Assembly (NCBI GenBank): GCA_050084985.1 | Contig: JBITNC010000002.1 | Location: 3,782,001-3,846,000 of the forward strand | DNA from: Nageia nagi | Taxonomy: Eukaryota; Plantae; Pinophyta | Direction of reading: 5' to 3' | DNA: 64,000 bases | In this document: piece after piece, positions 53,469 to 64,000 of the stretch | Numbering within the stretch: the stretch's first letter is position 1 | Layout: every line of letters begins with the position of its first letter | Made by a program: the position numbers and the translations under genes | The notes under the pieces: model-generated | The model's database searches: none | Told to the model about the DNA's origin: nothing | What the model saw: only the letters and a program-made list of their open reading frames with translations

Positions 53469-56400
53469 ATGGGAGAATCCTTTTTATCCAAACACATACT
53501 TGATAGTTCCAACAATGGGATTTGAGAACCTCGGATGAGAACCGAATTACAGGTACAAAAGCTATGGTAAACAGTGAATGAAAACCTTGTACCTCTTATA
53601 GATGAGAAGGTACTAGAGGCTTAAAATATAAAAAATGAGTTAGCAACCTTCATGATTTACCATGCAATTTTAGATGATGTGCTCAACCTTAGCAAAGGAA
53701 GCATGGAATAAGCTTAAGAAAATCTACTTTGGTTCAAACTTTTCAAGAAGGTTTACCATTATCCAAAAGTTACTTCAATCTCGTCAAAGGAAATATAAAA
53801 ATATGGGTAATTACTTAAATAAAATCATTGACTTAAAGACCCAATTTGTTGCCTATGGATGCAATGGGATCAATGATGAGTTCATGGTCTTCATCATTCT
53901 TTTTCAAAGCTTTTTTTCAAAGTTTGAAAACTTTTTAATAGTTTGAAGAAGTCTTCTCCCTTAAGAACCTTTATAGGCATATTTTTTTAAAGGGAAACTC
54001 TTATCCTTGATTCATCCTTTTCTATATAATTGGATTGTTGATTCTATTTGCATTAATCACCTTTACTTTGAAAAGGAAAAGTTTGAGAACTTTAACAAGT
54101 ATAAGATGCGATTGTGATAAGTGATATCTCTACCCTTGAAGTCTAAGGAATTAAGAGTATGTTGATTCAAGAGAAGGTTATTGATAATGTTCTCTTTGTT
54201 ATTAAGCTTAGGATAAACCTTCTCTCTATGATCAAAGTTACTAGAAAAGGGTACTCATTTGAGTTCATCTCTCTATCATGATGCATAAAATATAGACTTG
54301 CCATGTTGGTTAAATGTTTAATGAAAGATGACTTCTACATTATGGATCAAGTACCATCAAAGATATGTCTTGCTTCTAATGTGTGTTCTAAAGGTAATAT
54401 TTAGTATCATCATTTAGGGAACCTTAACCATAAGAGTATTCAAATCATGAAAGACCAAGAACTTATGAAAGGTTTGCCTTCAATTTTGTTTTCAATAGGT
54501 CTATGCAAGAAGTGCATTTTTGATAAGATGCATAAATAAAAGTTTGAAAAGATAAGACAACAAGAGCATCTTAACCTTTTCAACTTATGCATTCAAATTT
54601 TATTGGTCCATTTTAGACTAAGTCACTTAGAGGAGCATATTATGTCTTGACCTTCATTGATGACTTTAGTAGGATGACCTTTGGTATCTACCTGAGCATA
54701 AGATTAAACCTTTAAAAGTTTTAAGGTTTTTGAGGCCTTTATTGAGAATCAAACTAACCTTAAAATCAAGATGTTAAGATCAGATAATGGAGGAATATAA
54801 CAACAATAAGTTTAATGACTATTGTGCTAAGTATGAAATCAAGAGGTAGTTTACAATTCTATACACTCTTCAGTAGAATGATGTTACTAAAAGGAAAAAT
54901 AGAATAATTATGAAGATGGATAGATGCATGTTGGGTAATCTTCCTAAATTATTATAGGGTGAAGCTATGAGCACTATTATTTACACCTTGAATAGATATC
55001 CCACAAAATTTGTTTAGAGAAAAACTCATTTTGAAGCATGGTTAGGAAGAAAACCTAACATTTCTCACCTTATGGTGTTTGGTTGTGAAGTTTTCTCCTA
55101 TGTTATTTTTGAGAAAAAGAAAAAGTTGGATAAAAGAGCTAAAAAATGCATATTTATGGGTTATGATAGTTAGCATAGGGGTTATAAGCTTTTCTCTCCA
55201 ACATATAAAATAGTGTTCATTTCAAAAGATGTAAAGTTAAATGAACTACCTGAAGAATCTGCTCCTAACAAAGATGTTGATGATTTAGAGGATTTTTTAG
55301 TTGCTCCTAGTTGGTTGGATATTGATGAAGATAAGTCACCTTAGGAATAAAATTCTCCAACATAAAGGGTAACAAGGAGCATGACCTTGAACAAATCCTT
55401 AATTGCTAAGATTAACAACAACCATGAGCCCTCAACCTTTAAAAAAGCTTCTAAGCATGAGTGCTAGATAGAAGCCATGAAAGTGGAGTATGAGGTGCTT
55501 ATAAAAAATAAAATTTTAGACTTGGTTCCTTATCTTAATGATAAGAATCTGATTTGTAATAAGTGGATCTACATGGTTAAATTAAATTCAGTTAGAGATA
55601 TTAAGAAATATAAGGCACAGTTAGTAGCTAAATGTTTTGCTCAAAAATACGGTGTAGATTATGAGGAAACCTTTGCTCTCATGGCAAATATGCCTACTAT
55701 GAGAGTTATTCTTGTTCTTTTTGTAGCTCAAATATAGAAAGTTTTTCAACTTGATGTCAAGAGTGCATTTCTCAATGGTGATTTGGATATGAAAATCTTC
55801 ATGAATCAACTAGAAGGGATGAAAATAGAAGGCAAAGACTCCTTTATGTGCAAGCTAAAAAAGCCTTTGTATGGACTTAAGCAAGCACTTTGAGCTTGGT
55901 ATAGAAATATTTTAGGGTACTTTATAGATATTAGATTTTCCAAGTGTTTTTTCTGACTCTGATCTATATGTGCTTAATCAAAGAAAAGATATGGTCTTTA
56001 TTCTCTTTTATGTGGATGATGTTTTGATTATTAAGAATAATGATGAAATCATTGAAGAGTGCATATCCAAACTTAAGGTAACATTTGAAATGATTGATCT
56101 TGGTCTTTTGCACTACTATCTTGGAATGCAAGTGTATCAATACAAAGATTGTACTTACCTCAGTCAATCTAACTATGTATCAAACATCTTATAGAAGTTT
56201 GGAATGGAGGAGTATAGATATGCTGCAATCCCAACCTCTCTTAGAATATTTATTTCTCTAAGCTCCAACTCTTAGTTAGCTGATGCTACAGCTTACAGGT
56301 AATTAATTAGTAGCATTTTATATTTAACCATATCTAGGTTAGATATTACCTTTGGAGTGAATCTGATGGCACGATTCATGTAGAAACTTTATGTTGAGCA

Positions 56401-56974
56401 CCTCAATGCTATTAAGTAAATCTTGAGGTATGTTGCAAGGACTAAGGATCTTACTCTCAAGTATTCTAAGTTACCCTCATTTGTTCTCTTTGGATTCTCA
56501 AATTCTGACTATGGAGTAGATAGAGATGATAAGAAGTCAACCTTTACGTATGTGTTTAACATTAGTTCAAGTGCCATCTATTGGAATTCCAAGAAGTAAC
56601 CTACTATTTCTCTTTCCACCATAGAATTCAAATATCATGCCATGTCTATTGCAACCCATGAAGCCATTTGGTTAAGGCATATTTTGAAAGAAATTGGGTA
56701 TGAGCAAGGTGGCTCATTTTTGATCTCTTTAGATAATCAATCGGCTATTTCTTTGGCTAAGAATCCAGTGTTCCATCAAAGAATAAAATATGTGGAAATC
56801 CATGCCCATTTTATTCGGGATAAGGTTCTTAATGGTATCATACACTTAGAGTATTATCCATCCACCTTGAATTTCATTGATTTGTTCATCAAGCTCCTCT
56901 TGGAAGCTCAGTTTTGTAAGCTTAGGGATGCTATTAGGTTGGTGAATTTACCCTCAAGAGGGAGTGAAGTTTGA
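53469..56974 (+). pseudogene. copia gag-pol, heavily disrupted
   Basis: gag MGESFLSKHILDSSN...LAKEAWNKLKKIY, WIVDS (protease), HHLGNL, LTFIDDFSR, LRSDNGG (IN), QLDVKSAFLNG, LYGLKQA, YVDD (RT), DNQSAISLAKNPVFHQRIKYVEIHAHFIR (RNase H). No gag zinc knuckle was seen, so it is probably deleted. Confidence 0.93.
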
Positions 56975-57124
56975 ATTCTTATGTTGAATTCATATTTGTC
57001 ATGATAACTTCATCCCTAGGAGGATTTTATGTTGTATAGTGTTGATTTTGTTGTACACCTTCATGGTAAGTTCGCTCTATGTAAAGAATTTATTATACAA
57101 ATTGACTAATCTAGCATTGTTCAG

Positions 57125-57826
57125 TTATCCATATGTGAAGAACTCTTATGTGTCTTTTGGCACTATTCAATTATCCATATGTGAGGAACTCGTATGTGCA
57201 TACTCTATTTTTTGGCCAATTTAGCACCATTTAATTATCCATGTGTGAGGAACTCTTATGTGTCTTTTAGCATTGTTCAGTTATCCATATGTGAGGAACT
57301 CATATGTGCATACTCTATTTATTGGCCAATCTAGCACTGTTCAATTATCCATATGTGAGGAACTCATATGTGCATACTTTATTTATTGGCCAATCTAGCA
57401 TTGTTCAGTTATCCATATGTGAGGAACTCTTATGTGTCTTTTGGCACTATTTAGTTATCCATATGTGAGGAACTCGTATGTGCATACTCTATTTTTTGGC
57501 CAATCTAGCACTATTCAGTTATCCATGTGTAAGAAACTCTTATGTGTCTTTTAGCACTTTTCAATTATCCATATGTGAAGAACTCGTATGTGCATACTCA
57601 ATTTTTTGGCTAATCTAGCACTGTTCAGTTATCCATGTGTGAGAAACTATTATGTGTCTTTTGACATTACTCAGTTATCCATATGTGAGGAACTCATATG
57701 TGCATGCTCTATTTTTGGTCATTCTAGCATTGTTTAGTTATCCATATGTGAGGAACTCTTATGTGTCTTTTGGCACTGTTTAGTTATCCATATGTGAAGA
57801 ACTCGTATGTGCTTGCTTTATTTTGT
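57125..57826 (+). repeat. 13-unit A/B tandem array (A 46 bp, B ~64 bp) between pol and PPT
   Basis: Units start at 57125, 57171, 57235, 57281, 57345, 57409, 57455, 57519, 57565, 57629, 57675, 57738 and 57784. Order is ABABBABABABAB'. Confidence 0.95.
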
Positions 57827-58282
57827 AATGATAATCAACACATGTTTTATATACAATATGTGATTATAAGTTTTTGGCATGGCATCTTTGTGATGACTTA
57901 TAATGCACACATTGATCAATTTATGATGGCATTTGTGTGATTCATTTATCCTTGTTGATATGAATATGATGCATCTAACTAATCTTGTTATTTGAGCTGC
58001 TGATGACTTGCAGGTTCCTTTGAGATTACAGGTTACCTCAAGAATGCAAGCTTTTGAAGATTCTTCATGACTTCTAGTTGGATGACTACTTCATGTACAT
58101 TAAAATTGATTATTATTAATGATTGTATTTGGAAAATTACTAAGTCTTAAACTAAATCTTTTTTACTTCACAAATATGTAAAAATTTTTCATCTCCATTG
58201 CATCTATTTGGAGGAGAACTCTCTTACTTTCCCTTCTTCTTTTGTCTTACTCACTCTATCCCAATATTGCATTAAGGGGGAG

Positions 58283-58773
58283 TGTTGGAATCTATAATGC
58301 ATTATTGTAAAGGTTGTATTAAATATTCTATGTAAATATACTAATACATACCCTTAAGTATTTAAATGAATATGATAATGTAACTTATCCTACACTGCAT
58401 GTCATGAGCATGCCTCTTAGGTAAAAGGATGTGCATGTCATGCTTTTCTACATTGAATAAAAGGGTGATTCAAAGAGGAATTTTGGCCTATAAATAAAAG
58501 GCTTTCTCTTTGTGATCACACATCAATTTATGGAGTAAAATCATGCTATAGGAAAGAATTTTAGGAGTTAAGATTAAGAGGATTGTAAGAGAGTTGTATT
58601 TGTGATTGAAGTAAAGATATAGTTAGTGGATGTACTCCTAGTTGGAGGAACCACTTTACATCTTGAGTTACTTTGTGAGATTATCTTGTTTATAAGTTTG
58701 TTAGATGTGAAATTGAGAGCTTTCATGTGATCTTGGTTAATTAAGAATTATCTTGTTAGTGTTAGTTCCTTCA
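58283..58773 (+). repeat. 3' LTR of family-B copy 2 (491 bp)
   Basis: TGTTGGAATC...GTTCCTTCA after the PPT, homologous to the 5' LTR. Confidence 0.93.
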
Positions 58774-59431
58774 AAAACCTCCCCTCTCGATCAACAACAT
58801 ACATGTTTCCCTCTACACCCTTTTCTACCCCATTCCTCCCTTCCATAAGCCCCACCTTCAACATCACCACCCATTACTGAACCTCCACCACTTGCAACAT
58901 TCCTTCTTCCCCCCTTCTCCTTAGCACTCACATTAGCATAGCTATGCAGGCTCAGTCCCTTAACAAGCACTTTCCTTGACTAGAGCTCCATCATTTCCTA
59001 TCTAGGTTTTTAGCATTGATTATATTATATTTAATTTATTATAAATATAAAGGTTAATTTAATATTTTTCATTTAGAGATTAGAATAAAATCTATCATTT
59101 ATAATATTAGTTACTATATTTTATTCTACCTACACCTAAGTTAAATTTTTTTTTGTTGAAACTTTAGAATTGGAAAATCTTGAAATTCTAAGATATGATT
59201 GTCAAATTTGGTGGTCAAGAAATAAATAAATTCCTCCATTTGAAGAAGTCAAGAATTAGATAAAATATAGGGATGGGTTCAATTTCATGTCCACAAAAGT
59301 ACAATACAAGCTTCCTTAAAAATAATGTTAGTTTTTAAAATATAAAGTGTCAAAGTAATAAGGAAAAGATTATACGATCATACTATAATTTTATAGAAAG
59401 AAGAGTATAACCCTAACATCATTAATGGAAT

Positions 59432-60920
59432 TGAAGGATTCCATACCCAATATCTCCTTGAAAGATCCATACATTTTCAGCAAAATTAACACATCTAAAC
59501 TATAAAGTCAAGAATAAAATAATTACACAAAGTGACAAGATGAAGTATAGTGGTTCCTCCATCTCTTAAGAGTACATCCACTCTAAACCATCTTTTCTAT
59601 TACATCACATAAGAGAACTCTCCTGCAAATTCTTTAGAATTTTTCTATAAGCATTCCTCTACAAAACTCCTACAAGATCATTCCTACAATACTACAAGAC
59701 TAGAATTTTCATGCATCTCTAAGTGTATGCAATGAGAGGGGGGTAGCCCTTTATTTATAGCATACAATCCTTTCTTTAACCATCCTTTAACTCAAGGGTT
59801 AAGTTAATATTTTCTAATATTTTATTCTTTTAATACTTAAGGTATATAAATACCTTTAAGTATTAAGTGGGTTACATTAATAAAGAGACGTATTACACAA
59901 TAGTGCATTATAATTTCTAACACTCCTCCTTAATGCAATATTGGGTTAGAGAGCCTAAAATACAAAGAGAAAGAGTAAAAAAGTTATCCTCCATAAGAAT
60001 ATAATTGGAGATGAGAACTTATGAGAAAGTAATAGAATTTAGATGATTCTACAAGATTCAACTACTTAACCATTTTACCAAATGATTTTACAATATAATC
60101 ATTAACCATAAATAATTTTAATGTACAAGTAGTATTCATTCAACAATAAGTTGACATGATGAACCTCCATGAGCTTGCTCATCTGAAGTAAGTAGCCTAC
60201 ATTAAAAAGATCCTTGCATTTACAAGCAGCTCATATATAAGATAAATTAGTTGCATCATACATTCATTCATAAATGAATCAAATAATACAATCCATACAC
60301 TGATATGCCAAGTAACATCAAAGATAATATCCATCATCAACTATGATATCTAAAATATTACATGTGCATACAAATATCATATGTGCACTAAAATAAAATA
60401 TATCAACCACATGTTACTCTATTAACTTTACCATCTTAAGTAATAAGTTCAACTTTACCATCCTAAGCAATGATATATGTTTATATCTATACTATAGGAT
60501 TTAAGAAAGAATGTACCATGAACAAAAAACATAAAAATTGAGTTATTATATTTCATAGGATATAAGATTGTTGAATTCTATGGTAGTTGAAATGGTTGAA
60601 GGATATAGATATAAGTGGTTGAAGGATATAGATATTGAAATTGACATTATATTTAATCCTCCCAATTGATAAAAACTACACCAAGATAAAAATACACACA
60701 ATGTTTTCACATATGGATAACCATACAAAGCTAGTAGAAGCCAAGATGTACCACTAGTTTTTCACATGAAATGAACTCACCATGAAGGTGTACATCAAAT
60801 GCACAAAACATGTACAACTAGTTCTCTATATGGAGCAAACTAACCATGGAGGTGTACAAACATAAGTTATTATCTATTTACAAACATGTTGAGTAGGAGT
60901 TTTAAGTTCTCCTTCAATAA
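59432..60920 (-). mobile_element. diverged family-B relative (copy 3): 3' LTR 59432..59922, PPT and 3' internal region, no pol
   Basis: Minus strand reads CCCAATATTGCATTAAGGAGGAG-TGTTAG. Shares GTGGATGTACTC...GGAGGAACCACT, TATAAATA and TGTACACCTTCATGGTGAGTTC with copies 1 and 2. Confidence 0.8.
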
Positions 60921-61106
60921 TATTGTAGCATAAAGAAGAACAAGCCATAACAAGTAAATTCGACTATTGCACTAGTCAAGATACCCAAGCCATAAAATAC
61001 ATACTATCTTAACCATGCTATTAGTTAAGATGTACATGATGAAAAAAGGTAGCATTCATCCAATCACATTGATGCAATTTTCTATCAAAGATTGTAATAT
61101 GGGAGA

Positions 61107-61265
61107 AAGGCAAACCTTTTTAACCACTCCAACATTCAATAATAATGGATAAGGGTGAACCTTTTTAACCACTCCAAGGCTTAGCAAAGATGAAGAAGGT
61201 GAACCTTTTTAACCACTCCAACATGTGGCAAGCATGGATAAAGTTGAACCTTTTTAACCATTCCA
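61107..61265. repeat. 4-unit ~45-bp tandem repeat
   Basis: Core AACCTTTTTAACCACTCCA at ~61113, 61158, 61202 and 61247, with more variable linkers. Confidence 0.85.
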
Positions 61266-64000
61266 TTATGCATAAATTAATTTTTTTATAATATTATAAA
61301 CAAGAATCCATCCATGTATAATTACACAAGGTGTTTATATAATACCAAGAATCAAATGAAAAACTATTATAACCATAATATATTTGATGGTAAACCAAAG
61401 TGTAAGTAAGGATTCAAAAAATAATGCATAAGCATGAGTTTGTTAGAACTTTTATTTAGATAGTAGGAAGCAATCAAAGATATGTTACTTAAAAAATTCT
61501 TCTTAATAGTACTAAATACACATAGTAGTATGCATATCACTTAAGGATTATGAGGAGGAGTAGCATTGAGCTTTAGAGACTTTAACTTCTCATAGAGCAT
61601 AGAATAACATTTACCCAACATGTTATTCTCAATTTGCAGGTGATTGTGCTCTTCCATGAGCATATCCAATGCTTGCTTGCACATTGCTCTCTTTCATTTA
61701 AACATATCACACTTGCAATTAGCATCATATAATTATTGATGTAATATTTAGATTTTATGCTCCAAAGAAGAGGTATTGGTCCTAACTTTAGATGAGGAAC
61801 CTTCCCCAACATTAGTTGGAGCATTGATCCAAAGATAGTGTGAAGAATTAAGCTGACCAATGATTGAAGTACTAGGAGGAGCATGAATTAAAGGATTAGG
61901 AGGAACATTGGGTGGAACATATAGAGGAGGATTAGATAGAACATAATCCTCTTCATAACCAAAATGAGTTGGATACTCTTTGTAACCAATACATGCAAGA
62001 TACCTTCTTACCATGTCTAATTCATGACTTTGCATTTGAAGGATAAATGCTATTTATACATATTTGAATGAGGCAAGTGGGTTGTAAAGATACCATAGAT
62101 TTTTTATGGAAATTATATCTTTACCAAAATTTGGATTACACCACACATGTCCAAGCATCATAAATGCGGGCGGTATGGTCATATATTTGATACATAAACC
62201 AAATCATCACCACAAGTTGTATCAACCAATTTTCGAGAATAGGAGGTGACATCACATAAGTTTATGTGAATTAATTTCAACTATGATGGTGGAAAAATAT
62301 CTCACCATGCAATTAATATTTTCCATATAATACCCATATAATTGTTACAAAAAAATTAGTAAGTGACCATATGATCATCCTATTATATTATGTACCAATA
62401 TTTTAATTTTTGCAAACATTATATGGCCATAAAGATACGTTATAGGGTAAAGCATGGATTTTCAAAATTTTTGAATAGTTATAAAGGCATCAAGTTAAAT
62501 AAGTTACTAACCATACACACATTAGCTATAAATATCTTTTTCTTGTGGGCCTCATGAAAAAGTGGTTTGTTGATACTATTGCCATGAATAGTGATGTGGA
62601 GAAATAAATCCCATATGACTAGAATAAAGGTAAGAAGAAAATATAAATAGGTTTTTTATTTTTAGGGTAGTGTGTAGCTTTATTAAGAAGCTACTCCTCA
62701 ATTTGGATGAGGAATATAAGTTATGGGCAACAACAAGTGGAACCCGCACAAAGCAGTGGACCAAAATAAGTGGAACCTGTAATAAATTTTATGCAATACA
62801 ATATTAAGTGCCAAAATTATGTCTCCCCAAAATGATTTAAAATAATTATGGATAATAACATCCATGAAAAATCATCCATTTATTTTTGATTCCCTCCAAC
62901 AATTAAAATTTAGTCCCTTTATAGGGTTCTAAGGGGCAATGCCCTTGGCATGCTATCCTCGTCACTAGACAAGGCTTCAGAATTTTCAAGAAGGGTAAAA
63001 ATGGGTGTTCCAAAAAATATACTATTTTACTAAGTACACCAAATTAGTAGTTAAGTGCACTTTACTTCACCAAATTAGTAATTTGTAATAAATTTAAGAA
63101 TATCTAAAAGTATTCCCTTATAAATTCTCCTTGATTTGCAAAGTTTTAACATTGTGTGAATACTAAAGAAGAATGTAAATAACTTACCATTATTTAACAT
63201 AGTCCAATAGTCTTCAACAATGATCATTTAGCCAAGCAAGTGCATATATTTATGCATTTATCACTCACAAAAATTAATCTTAATTTGTAAGTAAACAAAT
63301 AATAATTCAATGCATTAAATAGTTGAAAGGTCAGTAAGGTTTAATACATTTGCAAAATTCTTCCTTCATTTATAGTAAGTCACAAAATTATTAAATTCAA
63401 ATGCAAAGGCTCACAAAAATCTACCTTCATTTGTGATGTTTAAAGAGTCTCCTCATTAAATAGTAAGTTTGCAAAAGTCTCTTAATGCATTTGCAAAATT
63501 CTCCAAACCATTAAATGCTAAGTGGAAGAATTCTCCTCCTTTGGGACTTAAAAAATGAAAAAGAAGCTCCGAAAGGGTGTAACATATTAAAGGAGAGCCA
63601 AACCACTTTCATCGGTTAGGAAAAAATAAACATCTAGGTAGTGCATGCAGAGGTAAGGTGATTGGGAAGCAAAGGGCATGGAAGACTTATTATGGATGGA
63701 GCACACAAAGGAAGATGTCCATCATAAGAGAGGTAAACAAAAAATGATTGGAAGTCAAAGGAGCCTCCTAATAGGTGATAGGGGAAGTCACTCATGGTGC
63801 GAGGGAGGAGTGGAGGATGGCCTATGTTGACTGTGTGGAGAGAGGAATTTTGATACTCCATGAGAGTTGAGAAGGGGTGCGAAATGGCAAGGGGTTTCCT
63901 CCATATAAAACAATTTGTAATAGAATGCCCTTCACTTGAGAAAATTGTAAAAAGGGTTTAGAATATATCTATATATTTATAGATCTTTCTTGTTGGTTAT

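Larger units (their letters stand above)
49846..58773 (+). mobile_element. full-length Ty1/copia LTR retrotransposon, family-B copy 2 (8928 bp), degenerate
   Basis: Two LTRs, TSD AAAAT (49841..49845) / AAAAC (58774..58778), PBS, gag-pol relic, PPT TAAGGGGGAG (58273..58282). Confidence 0.95.

Noticed and set aside
57125-57826. CRISPR-like repeat/spacer appearance
   Set aside because: The 'spacers' are only two recurring types, the array sits inside a plant retrotransposon, and no cas genes are present.
61107-61265. Mini CRISPR-like array
   Set aside because: Only four units and the linkers are related to each other, so this is a diverged minisatellite.

Overview
Eukaryotic, AT-rich, TE-dominated plant DNA. 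A gymnosperm-like large genome is an inference from TE and PPR style and is not proven. Two probable host loci are present. One is a two-exon gene for an 87-aa F-box-only protein (join 11534..11652,14607..14751, +). The other is a MIR166 hairpin on the minus strand (mature UCGGACCAGGCUUCAUUCCCC at 43238..43258), with an 80-codon ORF directly upstream, inside a CpG-retaining, TE-poor domain. The rest is transposon material: a Sirevirus-like Ty1/copia element (1..6968, -) nested in the pol of a second copia family 'B' (three relatives: 6969..8762, full-length 49846..58773, and 59432..~60920), a Pack-MULE carrying PPR fragments (9637..10371, 9-bp TSD), a foldback MULE ending 86 bp before the F-box ATG, a degenerate CACTA, a gypsy gag relic and a 5'-truncated LINE. 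The most striking observation is an intronless, antisense, pseudogenised copy of the first ~160 codons of the UV-B photoreceptor UVR8, followed by unrelated sequence and an A10 tract, inside the 5' internal region of the full-length copia element. All calls come from manual reading and translation; no database searches were run.
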